Of a stretch of DNA of 64,000 nt, positions 12,921-26,388 are shown one piece after another. Where the stretch lies: assembly GCA_951406725.2 (NCBI GenBank), contig OX597819.1, positions 131,192,001-131,256,000 of the forward strand, in the 5' to 3' direction. The notes under the pieces were generated by a model that was given only the letters and a program-made list of their open reading frames with translations, had not been told where the DNA came from and did not search any database. The stretch is from Octopus vulgaris (lineage: Eukaryota). Each line of letters starts with the position of its first letter. Position 1 is the first letter of the stretch. A program made the position numbers and the translations under genes.

Positions 12921-13847
12921 GAGTCGCAAAGTGATGAGAGAGAACAATCTCTCTATTTACATCCTATTTGCATTTTATCTTTTACATAATTGATCAATTT
13001 GTCAGAAACAGAGCATAAGCTTGTTGAAACAGTCCAGATACAGTGGGGTGGGGCAGGGGGGGAGGGGGGGATTGGCCTCATTGCCGCTGCTGCTCTGGCA
13101 CTGCCACCACCACCACCACCACCACCACCACCCAGCATTTTTGGCTCTTATGGATTATTCCTCCTTATTTCATTTGACTGCTAAAAGGGTTAATGACAAC
13201 TGACATGTTTGTTTACTCACCTGTTGATATTTCCATACTTGCTCTCTCTCTCTCTTTCTGACTCTAGCTCTCTCTCTCTTTCTAACTCTAGCTCTCTCTC
13301 TCTTTCTCTCTCTGCTCTCATTCCGCCCCCCCCCCCTCCCAACACACCAAACACACAACTATGACATATAACATGTAATCAATCCAGTAGAGTCTGTTGT
13401 ACCATTAGGTTTATTCATTGACTAAACCAGCACCCCCCAACCCCTGCCCATCAGGTTACTCTGGTGAAGAGGGTGGCTAGAAACCCCTGCAAAAACACGG
13501 ACCTACCTACCCAAAGCATAGGATCAACGACTATCAAGCAATAGCAGAGGGACTTGGAAATTCCAGATCAGTGTTATAATAATATGCTAGAAGACCAATG
13601 AGGGGTGAGGCACCCCTTAATTTTCCTTAAAACAAATCTCTAGAAAGTGACTCTGTTATAAAACCTGTTAACATTGTTGAGACAGATATTTTGGATGAGT
13701 TTCTCTTTGGACCCCTTCGCTTTCATTATGGACTTTTCGCAGTGTTGTGCAAGTTGCATCAAATTACATTTTACTGGGGGACATTGCTGACAATATATTT
13801 TTCTGGTCATCATTGCTGATCTTAGGCATTCATATAATGGATAACTC

Positions 13848-13881
<34 letters not shown>

Positions 13882-14027
13882 CCCCTCACACACACATACA
13901 CGTATGAATGTCATTATGCAGTTTTATTTCAAGATTTCTTGCTAATAAAGAAAGCGCCAGTTTCTAACCGAGTTCCAAGTCTCCTTCGTTGAAATTTCAA
14001 CACCTTCAACAGGTTATTTTTTTTATA

Positions 14028-14424
14028 TACTCTTTACTCTTTTACTTGTTTCAGTCATTTGACTGTGGCTATGCTGGAGCACCGCCTTTAGTCGAGCAAA
14101 TCGACCCCGGGACTTATTCTTTGTAAGCCCATTCTATCAGTCTCTTTTGCCGAACCGCTAAGTGACGGGGATGTAAACACACCAGCATCGGTTGTCAAGC
14201 AATGCTAGGGGGACAAACACACACACACAAACACACACACATATATATATATACATATATACGACAAGCTTCTTTCAGTTTCTGTCTACCAAATCCACTC
14301 ACAAGGCATTGGTCGGCCCGGGGCTATAGCAGAAGACACTTGCCCAAGATGCCACGCAGTGGGACTGAACCCGGAACCATGTGGTTGGTTAGCAAGCTAC
14401 TTACCACACAGCCACTCCTGCGCC
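14028..14424 (-). mobile_element. tRNA-derived SINE, family A
   Basis: Reverse complement of 1618-2040. Confidence 0.85.
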
Positions 14425-14756
14425 TATATATATATGTATGTATACGTGCAGATCTTTATGTTTTGTTTTACCTGTTGAGCTGTTGTTTTCATTCTGTTCT
14501 TTGGTTGTGTTGTTGATGTTGTGTCCAGCCATGTTGCTATGTATGGATGGATGGATGCATGAATGCCTACATGCATACAGTCACAGGTATGGTTGTGTGG
14601 TAAGAAGTTTGTTTCCCAACCACATGGATTTGGTCCCTTGGCACCTTGGAGAGTGTCTTCTCCTGAAGCCCCAAGCTGACCAAAGCCTTGTGAGTGCATT
14701 TAATAAACAGAAAAATTAAAGAAGTCTGTCGTGTGTGTACACATGCACATGTGCGT

Positions 14757-14806
<50 letters not shown>

Positions 14807-14812
14807 GTTCTA

Positions 14813-14939
14813 CAGGGTGTCCACAAAGTCAGGGTACATGGGGATTAACATATGCTTTAAGAAATTATTATTTCTTATATTTAATTGTTTATGTTATGAT
14901 TTTATTTACTCCATGTACCCAGATTTTGTGGACACCCTG
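14813..14939. mobile_element. Tc1/mariner-type MITE
   Basis: TIRs CAGGGTGTCCACAAAGTCAGGGTACATGG and CCATGTACCCAGATTTTGTGGACACCCTG, with TA on both sides. Confidence 0.85.
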
Positions 14940-15875
14940 TACAATGCACGATTCGTACTCAAAATGCAGCAGAGCAAAATAAACTCAGATTTGTTTGCAA
15001 AGCAAAGTTCTTAACTACTTACTAAACCTGTACCTATATCTATCTTATCCCCTTAAGGAGGTTCAGTTAATAAGGAAGCCTCTATGTAGTCTCTAGACCT
15101 GCTAGAAAAAACAGCAAAATTTTGCTGGCACATGCTACTGTTTTAAAACCAGGAAGGGCACTAGGTGCATGTTCTCTATTTTCTTTCAGCCATTATCGCT
15201 AAGGTCATAACTAAGCACTTCACTTTCATAATATGCCTTCAAAAAAAGCTGAGATGGTCACAGTTGGAATGTCTCTAGCTATAGTTCTTCTTAATCGGAT
15301 CTGATCTGGTGCTAAACAACAACAGCAGTGAATACCTACAAAAGATCTTTAATAAAATGTGGTCCAACTCTGACCATCCCATCTTTTATGAATTCTAGGC
15401 CTGCATTGTTCAGTGTGCCCTTCTTGTTCGAAGATGGCTGGGCATGATTTGAGGGAATATGTCTGCTATTTCTAGCATGTCAAGTGATCGCATACAGTTG
15501 CACCCTTAATTATTAGTTATGACAGAAGTAAAAAGGATGTCAGGCCTGATCAAACTGACATATCTACTATAAAAAGCTTTCCACCCATGACCACCCACTC
15601 CTACTAGTCCCACCCCTTCTCCCGTGTTAGTATATATCAGGCATTGGCAACCTCTTTTTGAAAAGTGGGGCTGCATGAAACTTGGCTCTAAAAAAATAAA
15701 AAAATTCAAGACCCTTTCCTTTTTTAGCTGCAGGCATGGCTGTGTGATGAGAAGCTCACTCCCCAGCCACATGGCTCTGGGTTCAGTCTCACTGCATGGC
15801 ACCTTGGGCAAGTGTCTTCTGCTATAGCCTCAGGCTGATCAAAGTTTTGGTAGATGGAAACTGTAAGAAGCCTGT

Positions 15876-15917
<42 letters not shown>

Positions 15918-15920
<3 letters not shown>

Positions 15921-16070
15921 TTTATTTAAAAGCAGCAGAAAATTCAACAAAACTCAGAGTAACAGATTTTATTGAATTTTCTGCTGCTTTTAAATAAAGC
16001 ATATTACTCTACCCCTGGTATTTGAGTACTCTTTTTTCCACCTTGTTTCACATTTATGTGTTTACTCGGT
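15918..16070. mobile_element. (TA)n-flanked hairpin module (PLE pLTR-like, centre probably deleted)
   Basis: CTTTATTTAAAAGCAGCAGAAAATTCAA and TTGAATTTTCTGCTGCTTTTAAATAAAG form inverted arms around AAACTCAGAGTA. The TTACTCT...TTGAGTAC tail is also seen after the 57 kb palindrome. Confidence 0.5.
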
Positions 16071-17540
16071 ATATATATATATATATATATGTATACATAT
16101 GTGTGTCTTTGTGTCTGTTTGTCTCCCACCACCACTTGACAACCAGTGTTGGTGTATTTTGGTCCCGTGACTTAGCAGTTCAGTAAAAGAGACCAATAGA
16201 ATAAGTACAAGATTTTAAAAAAAAGTACTAGGGTTGATTCATTCAACTAAAAATTTTTCAAGGCAGTGCCCCAGCATGGCCACAGTCCAATGACTGAAAC
16301 AAGTAAAAAAAATATTAAAAAAAGAGGTATCATTCAGAAAGTCCTGTAAACCACAGTTTGCTCATGACTGGTATATATAGCATGCCGGGCGAAATGCTTA
16401 GCGGTATTTTGCCTGCCTTTCTGAGTTCAAATTCCGCTGATGTCGACTTTGCCTTTCATTCTTTCGGGGTTGATTAAATAAGTACCAGTTGAGCACTGGG
16501 GTTGATGTAATCAACTTACCCCCTCCTGCGAAATTGTGTCAAAATTGGAAACAAGTATTGTTGAACAAATGTAAGGTGGCAAGCTGACTGAGTCGTTAGC
16601 ATAGCGAATAAAATGCTTAACTGCATTCATCTGTCTTTATGTTCTAAGTTCAGATTCTGCCGAGGTTGACTTTGCCTCTCATCCTTTCAGAGTTGCTAAA
16701 ATAAGTACCAGCTGAGCACTGGGGTCAATGTAGTCGACTTACCCCCACCCCCACAACTTACTGGCCTTGTGCCAAAATTTGAAGCCAATATCCAAGCATG
16801 TCATTCCTTCCTTGGGACAACAGGTGTAATAGAAGGGGGGAGGTCAGTTTGGCTACTGCTTCAAACGGGTTGAATGACTCTGTAGAGCAGCCCCTGCCGT
16901 GGTGGTGGTGGTGGTGCTGGTGTGTGCACATGAGTGCGTGTGCATTCAAAAGTGAATAATAAGAGGAGAAAGGAAGATGACAGGGCGTTTCTAAGTGAGT
17001 GTGTGTTGATAGCAACAAGACTGGACTGTGAAATTGAAATCATTTCAACTGCCATTGTCTGCTTCCATTTGTCTTTCTTTGCAATCAGACATGTTTTCTC
17101 TTGTTTCCACATCTTCTCCTTCATCATCATCATCATCATTGTTTCATCCTATATTTTGCCGATATATTTCTCCAACATCAGTAATAATTATCATCATTAT
17201 TACTTGTATCATCCCTAAACTAGGATAAATAACAAACCCAATCAATATCATCATCATCATCATTGTCGTTGTTATCATCAATACTCATCCCTCATCCTTT
17301 CGTTTTGCCCCTTCTTCCTTCTTTGCCATCCTCTCAGCCCTTTCAGATAACTAATGATTACTTTACAAAGGAACTGATCTTCACATGTTGTTGGATTGCT
17401 TTTATTTGAACCGTTGCTCCTTCCCTGCACTCCCTCTGTCCGGTGCAGCCCCTGGCTTTCTCGCTGTTGGTTGTTGGCATGTGTAAGCTTCAGTGCACCA
17501 GACTCATGTTGCCACGTCTGCAAGTTCTAAATTAAGTGTA

Positions 17541-17880
17541 TCATCATCATCATCATCATCGTTTAACGTCCGTTTTCCATGCTAGCATGGTTTGGATGGT
17601 TCGACTGGGGTCTGGGAAGCCAGGAGGCTGCTCCAGGCCCAGTCTGATCTGGCAGTGTTTCTACAGCTGGATGCCCTTCCTATCGCCAACCACTCCGTGA
17701 GTGTAGTGGGTGCTCTTTACGTGCCACCGGCACGGAAGCCGGTCAAGGCGAGGCTGGCATCAGCCACGTTCGGATGGTGCTTTTTACGTGCCACCGGCAC
17801 AAGGATCACAACTGCAATTTCCATTGATTTTTGATTGATTTCAATTTCACTTGCCTCAACAGGTCTTCGCAAGCAGAGTT
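17541..17880 (-). mobile_element. SINE-like repeat, family B
   Basis: Same core as 2259-2605. Confidence 0.8.
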
Positions 17881-18391
17881 TGAGAAATTTAATACAAAAC
17901 ACCAATCAAAATTATATTTGTGGGCAAAAGAAAACAAGATCGGATAAAACATGACTGGTATCTTTAGGTACAAAGCAGTGTGAGTAGGTTCGCATTGTAT
18001 TCAAGATCACATTGGGCCCAAGCTGATGCAGTATATTTTTCAAGACCTTCAGGGAATGGCCTCTCTCTCCTTTTCTCTCTGTCTTAGATGTTTATTATTC
18101 ATGCATTTATATATGCATATAACAACACACATGCACACATTTATATAGATATATGGTGGGGTGGGGAGGAAGGGTCTGTTTTTTGTTTTTTTTCTGTAGA
18201 TTCCATATGGTGGTATTTTTGTAATAATGTTTGATTTGTATAAGTCCTTTCGTCTGCCTGTGTCAATTCTGTCTGTGTGTCGGTGAGTGTCTGTGGAGAA
18301 GAAATGCTCTTTAGAAATATGGAAAGACGCTTTGCTGCATTATCAGTGGCAATAAACACGTTTAAAAGAAAATCTGCTCAGGTTCTGTATA

Positions 18392-18424
<33 letters not shown>

Positions 18425-19389
18425 TCGTAACTTGTCAAGTTGTCTGTATCTATGTGTGTGTGTGCGTGGGGGGGGGTTATGGTGCTGTTATTGCGGTTTA
18501 ACACCAGTTCATTTCTGACTGAGCTGATACTATGTTAAAAAAAAATGTGTTCCAAACATGACTATCCTGTCTTTTAGTCACACACAATGTATTCTAAGAC
18601 TAAATTATATAATGTCCTTCCTTTTATTACAAATGTGATTTAAAGGAAATTTGGCTGCTATTTCTGGCAGAAATTGTGGCCACATAGAGGCTTCCATGTT
18701 TTTTTGTTTTTTTTTTATGTGTATGTGTGTGTGTGTGTGTGTTTACATTCCAGTGTGTTTATGCAGGTCTGTCAATTCCTCGTCACTTAGCGGTTCAGCA
18801 AAAAGAGACCGATAGAATAAGTACTGGGCTTACAAAGAATAAGTCCCGGGGTCGATTTGCTCGACTAAAGGCGGTGCTCCAGCATGGCCGCAGTCAAATG
18901 ACTGAAACAAGTAAAAGAGTAAAAGAGTATATAATTGATGTATGTGATTTGAAAAAGATATTTTACTTCCGTGTTTGAATTCTCAACACTTTTCATTTTA
19001 TCAAAACTCTCTTTCACTCTCTCACTCACTCACTCGCTCTCTCACTCACTCACTCACTCGCTCTCTCACTCACTCTCTCACTCGCTTTCTCACATGCAGA
19101 CACTCTTTAGCCTTCCATCATACTAACTCACACTCAAACACACCCTCACATATATGCACAAGCATGCTCACTTCTATATACACCTTCGAACATAAAACAC
19201 TTGTAATACAACAAGCATTGCGACTTGCATAAAAAAAAATTAAATAAATAAGTAGACATTGATTGAAATGGCGATGATGATGATGATGATGATGATGATA
19301 GTCACCAAAAAGAATTCGTTCAGTATATATACATACTGGGCCTATCTAAACGCACACTGTGTTTCTCACATACATTATTATACACACAG

Positions 19390-19800
19390 TCCAGCACTCA
19401 CTAACATTCAACATATAACTTTACTTATACGAAGTGTCTGTGTGTCAGTGAGTGTGAGAGAGAAAAAAATGTGCTCCATGGCTTGCGATACATGAAAGAC
19501 TGTTTTCTCTTGTAAATTCGGGAGATGGACATCCTGGTTACTATTAACACAGAATCTTCAAACCCACCCTCCCCCACCTCTTTAGCCCCCCCCCCCCAAT
19601 TCATATAGGCCACATCTCCATGTCATTTTGATACTTTTAATGCATGCCTCCCCCCCCCCCCTAAACACAGATGTTTCTTCTGCTTATATTTGTTTTTGTT
19701 TCGTTTCATTTTGTTTATTTTATCTTTTGTGGGTGGGGAGGCTAAGACCTGAACATATACCTTCTCCATCATCCCTTCACCACTGCCTGCCATTCTCTCT
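19390..19800 (+). repeat. Dispersed repeat of about 410 bp with an inverted copy at 37327-37753
   Basis: Shared blocks such as GGAGAAGGTATATGTTCAGGTCTTAGCC and CATGTATCGCAAGCCATGGAGCACATT occur in opposite orientations. Confidence 0.85.
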
Positions 19801-19834
19801 ATTATATATATACATACATATATATATATATATA

Positions 19835-19872
19835 TCTTTCTGTGGAAGAGCGTATGCTCGAAACGTAAAAGA
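19835..19872 (+). ncRNA. Minimal type-I hammerhead-like motif, A6U core variant
   Basis: TCTTT-CTGTGGA-A-GAGC-GTAT-GCTC-GAAAC-GTA-AAAGA. Stems I and II pair perfectly, within a (TA)n-flanked module at 19833-19970. Confidence 0.6.
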
Positions 19873-20903
19873 CTTGCTCTAGTTCTATTCCTGAGCGCCA
19901 TACTAATACATTTGTTTGTTTGTACTCCACCTGCCTTCGGCTTTTGTTTATTTTCGTAAACCTTCCCGTTATATATATATATATGTATATATATAATAGA
20001 TAATATATAGGTATTATAAGTATAATACATTACGTGTATATATAAGACCCATCAAGCCAAGTAAAATCGCAGTTGTGGTAGATACTGGTGTCACACAAAT
20101 GATACCCATGCTGGTGGCACGTAAAAGCACCTTTCTAGTGTTGGGCCTCATGGCGGCAAGGACGAAGACCATTCGGCTTTATGTCATGCTTTGAGCGTTG
20201 TGCCTCATGGAACCAATGACCAAGTCCATTTGGCATTATGCCGCTCTTGAGAAGACCCGTCAAGCCAAGTAAAACTGCAGTTGTGGCAACCACTAAACTC
20301 TCGGAGTGGTTGGCATTTGGAAGGACATCCAGTTGTAGAAACCATGCCAAAATAGTCTGGGGTCTCATGCAGCCTCCCAGCTTACGAGCTCTAGTGAAAC
20401 CGTCCAACCCATGCCAGCATGGACAACAGATGTTGAATGATGATGATGATGTATGTTTACTTTTTTGTTTTAGTCATTGGATTGTGGCCATGCTGGGGCA
20501 CCTTCTTGAAGGGTTTCAGTTGAATAAATTAACCCCAGTACTTATGCTTAATTAAAGTTTGGTACTTAATCTATCGGTATCTTTTGCTGAACTGCTATGT
20601 TACAAGGATGTAAACAAACCAACACTGGCCGTCAAGCAGTGCTGGTGGTGGTGGTGGGTGGCAAACAGACACAATGATACACATACATTAGATATATATG
20701 TATGTGTGCATATGATGTATGTATGTATATTGTATAGGTAGTTAGGGTAAACCTCAGCTGTTTAGTGTTGAAGCACATCTACTTATTCCTCACATGTCTA
20801 TCTAGCATGTAAAACTTTGCAATTCCTATTAGCAAATGAAACATGTGTAATGGTGAACAAATAATACCAAAACATTTACACTTTGCTGCTCTGTTTTATT
20901 TAG

Positions 20904-20937
<34 letters not shown>

Positions 20938-20940
<3 letters not shown>

Positions 20941-21272
20941 GGCGCATGGCTCAGTGGTTAGAGTGTCGAGCTTACGATGTTGAGGTTGTGAGCTCGAATC
21001 CCGGACTGGGCTGCGTGTTGTGTTCTTGAGCAAGGCACTTTATTTCACGTTGCTCCAGTTCACTCAACTGTAGAAATGAGTTGCGACGTCACAGGTGCCA
21101 AGCTGTATCGGTCCCTTTTGTCTTTCCCTTGGATAACACTGGTGGCGTGGAGAGGGGAGGCCGGTATGCATGGGCGACTGCTGGTCTTCCATAAAACAAC
21201 CTTGCCCGGACTTGTGTCTAGGAGGGTAACTTTCTAGGTGCAATCCCATGGTCATTCATGACCGAAGGGGGT

Positions 21273-21275
<3 letters not shown>
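20938..21275 (+). mobile_element. tRNA-derived SINE, family D
   Basis: Head GGCGCATGGCTCAGTGGTTAGAG...GCTCGAATCCC, then TTGTGTTCTTGAGCAAGGCACTTT, inserted in (TA)n. Second copy at about 36335-36665. Confidence 0.8.
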
Positions 21276-21311
<36 letters not shown>

Positions 21312-22478
21312 AGGCTTTCACACAGTTTCCCTTCTACCAAATTCACTCACAAGGCACAAACCATATTGCTGCCCACAGTCAGCAGCAATGGCCGGATATG
21401 GCTGGTTTAAATGTTAAAGGGTTAAATTACCAAATTCGTTGTTGGTGAGTAAACACCATCACACTGTCCTTCCTCCTCACCTGGCATAAAGCCACTTCCC
21501 TCAGTGATATGCTCACCTCAGTCAAGGGATCCCTTCTTGTGAACTACCGGTGCCAGTGCCACTTTGTGAAATTAAGAAGTGCATCCTGTCATAGAAACCC
21601 TGCCAAAGCAGACGTTGGGGCATGGTGCCATCCTCTGGCTCATGGGTTCCTGTCAAACCATCCAACCCATGTCAGCATGGAAAACAGATATTAAATGTTG
21701 AGGAAGAAAAAAAATTCATTGCTAAACGCTATTTAAAGTTTTTCTCTGTGGAGTCAACACATTTTAAAGCTCTGTTGAAAGTATTTATCCACAGACTGCT
21801 TTCTATTTAGAATGGAAAAAAAACAAAAAACAAATTCAAGAGACAGAATATTCCATCCTTTGATCTGGAAATTTTTTAGAACTCTTGAAAAAGGAGCAAC
21901 CAAGAAACAAAGTAATAATCAGTCCAACTGTGTATTACTGCCACAGACACGGCACATCACAGAAATAAAAAGTCAGAAGTCAGTGTGTCATCGGAGAACA
22001 TCAAAGCTGCCAAAATACCAAAATATTTGGAAAGCATGGCTCATAATTTGTCTTTTTTATTATTATGGTTTTCTTCCCCCCCTCCCCCCACCCCAGTTTA
22101 ACTGTTTTGTTGCTGTATTTCTGTTGAAAAACACTGCTTTTATTTCAAATAATTTTTGAAATGATGAAGAATTTAGCAAAATAACTCATTGTTAAAGCTG
22201 GCGAAGAATGGTGTCAGGCTGGCGGAATTGTTAGCAGCATTTCTTCTGGTTTTAAGTTCTGAGTTCAAATGTTGTCACGGTCAACTTTCATCCTTACGTG
22301 GTCAATAAAATAAGTACCAGCTGAACACTGGGGTCATTGTAATTGGGTAGCTCCCCCCCTCAAAATTTCTGTAGCAGAAAGAATTACTAAGCTGATGTTT
22401 CTCAGACATAAATTAACATGTTTTATGTTGAAACTGGCCAGATCCAGCCTTTCACACCTACTCTACAATGACAATTCT

Positions 22479-22742
22479 CATCATCATCATCATCATCATT
22501 TAGCGTCTGCTTTCCATGCTAGCATGGGCTGGACGGTTCAACTGGGGTCTGTGAAGCCAGAAGGCTGCATCAGGCCCAGTCTGATCTGGCAGTGTTTCTA
22601 CGGCTGGATGCCCTTCCTAACGCCAACCACTCCATGAGTGTAGTGGGTGCTTTTTACGTGCTGGACGGAGCTGGCAAACGGCCACGGACGGATGGTGCTT
22701 TTTACGTGCCACCGGCACGGGGGCAAGGCGAGGCTGGCAACG
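22479..22742 (-). mobile_element. SINE-like repeat, family B
   Basis: Same core and (CAT)n end. Confidence 0.8.
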
Positions 22743-23627
22743 GATTCTAAAAATAAAAGATCACATCTTCAAAATCTTGAAGTTAGAACATGATTAATTC
22801 TTTTAAAATGTGAATGAATGAGCATTTACATTTCATAAATTAACCTGAATGCTAAAGGTTTCCAATAGTATAAACACAGGGTTAAAATATATGCAACCTA
22901 TAAAAGCAGATATAAATTTTCCTGTTTCTGTGTACATTGAATAAATAATGAACAACCTCAATCAATTCCGATCTCAGTGTAACGAGCAGCCGGTCTGTTT
23001 AGAATGCTCAAAGGTTAAAATACTGTTAAGAGTGCATTTTCTTCTTTCTGTTCATGATTCTGTTTTGAAAAGTAGCTTTTGTTTGTTTTTTGTTTTGTTT
23101 ATTTTTTTCCCGTTCCTGTTGTACTCTGAGTAAATTTGTTACGAATAATTCTTCTTTGTCTTTGAATTTCGTTTAACAATGTTAACGAACGGCAACATAT
23201 TTATTTACTTTGAGACTATTACCATCATTATTTCCTCATTAGGTCCAATTAAAATATAATGAATTAAGACTACATTGTTATATTTCTGTAGTAATTAATG
23301 TTAATAATATGATGTAATTAGATTATTGTCATGCACATAGATAGGCACATATTTTTTTCCTATGATTATTCTGAAATTAAGAAGGGGATCTCCTATTTCA
23401 TTGCTCAATCCTGTCTTCTTCCATCGTTTCTAGTGTTGCAGTCCAAAAAATCAAATTACAAGTTTTATTCTTTTTATTTGTTAATAAAAGGCAATGCACT
23501 TATTTAACGATGTATTTATGTTGTGGATAAAAGGCAGACGATGAGTCAATTGGCTGATAATGTTTCATTAGCTTGCAATGAAAATTCAGACAATGCATTT
23601 GCTACGATATATTTCCCCATGGGGCAC

Positions 23628-24031
23628 TTTTACTCTTTTGCTCTTTTGCTTGTTTCAGTCATTTGACTGCGGCCATGCTGGAGCACCACCTTTAGTTGAG
23701 CAAATCGACCCTGGGACTTATTCTTTGTAAGCCCAGTACTTATTCTCTTTTGCCGAACCGCTAAGTTACGGGGACATAAACACACCAGCATCGGTTGTCA
23801 AGTGATGTTGTGGGGACAAACACAGACACACAAACATATAGATACATACACATATATATACATATATACGACAGGCTTCTTTCAGTTTCCGTCTACCAAA
23901 TCCACTCACAAGGCTTTGGTCGGCCCGAGGCTATAGTAGAAGACACTTGCCCAAGGTGCCATGCAGTGGGACTGAACTAGGAACCATGTGGTTGGTAAGC
24001 AAGCTACTTACCACACAACCACTCCTGCGCC
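23628..24031 (-). mobile_element. tRNA-derived SINE, family A
   Basis: Reverse complement of 1618-2040. Confidence 0.85.
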
Positions 24032-24254
24032 TTACTCAACATTTCTATACATCTCTGTCACTACGATAGCCACAAACACACTGCACATCTTCCATTTACC
24101 AAATTTCACTCCCGAGGCTTTTGCCAAGCCAACGCCGTTAGTGGAAGACACTTGCCTAAGATACCATGCTGAGGGATAAAACCTAGTGCCATGTGGTTGC
24201 AAAGCAACCATTTTAACTTCATAACCATACCCATCTGTCTGTCTGTGTGTGTAT

Positions 24255-24555
24255 ATCACATGATCACGTGACCAACCAGACCATCAGATGTTGTTACACA
24301 TCGCTGGTCACAATGCGTTCGCATTGTTTTTTAGCCTTCGAATGACGCCACCCCGCTGGCTAAGCGAGCAGGCCAACAGAAGAAAGAGTGGTGAAAGAGT
24401 ACAACAGGGATCGGCACCACCCCCTGCCGGAGCATTGTGGAGCTTTTTAGGTGTTTTTGCTCAATAAAAACTCACAACGCCCGGTCTGGGAATCGAAACC
24501 GCGATCCTGCGACCGCGAGTCCGCTGCCCTAACCACTGGGCCATTGCGCCTCCAC
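24255..24555 (-). mobile_element. tRNA-derived SINE, family E (CpG-rich, apparently young)
   Basis: Minus-strand head GGAGGCGCAATGGCCCAGTGGTTAGGGCAGCGGAC...GGTTTCGATTCCC has A and B boxes; the 3' end is CACGTGATCATGTGAT. Confidence 0.7.
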
Positions 24556-26079
24556 GTGTGTGTATATATATAAGTATATATAAGTGTGTGTGTGTGAGTG
24601 TATATATATATTGCACTTGCCCCCATTCACATATACACACTCACACACACCATTCTCACTCACACACACTTGTGTGTGGAGTGGAGTTTAAGAAGCTCAC
24701 TTTGCAGTCACATGCTTTCAGCTTCAGTCCCACTGGGTTAGCACCTTGAGCAAGTGTCTTCTACTATAGCCCTGGGCTGACCAATGCCTTGTGAGTGCAT
24801 TTGGTAGATGGAAACTGTGGAAGCCCATTGTGTGTGTGTGTTCCATGCACGCACTTGACGACTGGCATTGGTTTGTACACCTTCTGAAACTTAGCGGTTC
24901 AGCAGAATGCACCCTAGAATAAATACCAGACTTAGAATGTCATACCAGAATGAATTTGTTCAAGCAAACTCTTTCAAGCTGAACCCTGCCATGGTCACAG
25001 TCCACTGACTGGAAACAAGTTAAAGGAAAACATAAAAGATATCTTAATTTTCATAATAAATATTAAAAAAAACCAAGAAACAAAATTTCCTAAATGGTAA
25101 CATCATAATCATTATGTTAGCATCTCTTTTTCGTTTCTCCACATTGGCATGGGTTGGACAGGTTTGCAAATTTTGTAAGCCCCTATTTCTTACTATATCC
25201 TTCAATATTTCGCATAACTAGCCATACCAGTGAGAACAAAAGTTCCTCGTCTTTGACACAATTTTTCTTCACATTTTCTTTCTTTCTTCCTTCCTTCCCT
25301 TTTTTTCTTTGTTCCATTCTGTATTCTTTCTATTTCCTTTCCTTTTTTTTTCTTTCTTTTTTCCTTTTCTTTCCTTTCCTGTGGTTTTGCTTTGTTTTAT
25401 TCTTTCTCCCCCCCCCCATCTGGTTTTCTTTCTTTCTTCCTTCTTTGCTCTCTCTCTCTCCCCATATCTCCATAGTAACGGTAGTCAGTCTCTTAATTTA
25501 TCATCAGCTGATCTCTTTCGGTACCTATTAAAACTCTCCTCTCAGATAAATGTTTATTTTATTTCACAGGGTAGGGGGGGTGGAAGTGGTTGCTGAGCCC
25601 TCCTCCTCCTCCTTCTCACCTGTTTCCAGGTAAAGGAAGACAGAGATCTGTCCCAGAGAAATTGGTTAATTTGTTGCCATAGCAGCATGATAATTAATGC
25701 GATCTTGATGTCACAAGGAGCCTCTATGTGGCCACTTGACCTGCTAGAAGTAGCAGCCAAGTTTCCCTTAAATCACATCCTACCATTTTAACCCTTTGAT
25801 GAGAGAGAGAGAGAGCAAAAAACACTTATTGCATTATGTAACCCCTGATACACTATTCCTGAAAACAATATGGGATGTCCATGGTCAGATGGCTTTTGAT
25901 CGTAAGGTTTCCCCAATCAGAGCAGGCCTGAAACTCAAGAAGTTGATCTTGTTTGATGGAGCACAGCTCAAAAACCCACGCAAAATTTACTTAAATGCAC
26001 CTTTAACCTCATCACTGGAATAATGTTTGCCTCTCAAACCCTCTTTCATGGGGCCAAAGAGATGATAGTCCAGTGACGA

Positions 26080-26317
26080 GGAAGTGAAAACTGTAGTGAA
26101 GAAGTGTCTCAGAGAACAGTCAACAGAATTTTACGGGGCAGGGATACATGCTCTCATTCGAAGGTGGAACATTGCTATTGAGAGAAACGGTGACTATGTT
26201 GAGAAGTAGGGATGCGATCCACAGTGGACCAGCTTCATTTTGATGGATGATATATGTTCCTGTGTTGGTAATCATACCTGTCCTAAACAAAATGGCATTA
26301 CTTTTTATCTCACCCTC

Positions 26318-26318
<1 letters not shown>
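26080..26318 (+). mobile_element. mariner transposase C-terminal relic and right TIR
   Basis: SSDEEVKTVVKKCLREQSTEFYGAGIHALIRRWNIAIERNGDYVEK* followed by TTACTTTTTATCTCACCCTCG|TA. Confidence 0.8.

Positions 26319-26388
<70 letters not shown>

Noticed and set aside
12577-13203. Poly-Thr/Ala/His/Pro ORFs resembling mucin or transcription-factor segments
   Set aside because: Trinucleotide repeats with no recognisable domain or convincing splice structure.
13930-14020. Minus-strand CTGTTGA...GAAAC resembling another hammerhead
   Set aside because: I could not build stems I and III or a valid cleavage triplet.
20745-20800. Minus-strand AAACAGCTGAGG resembling a hammerhead stem III
   Set aside because: No recognisable core; too decayed to support.
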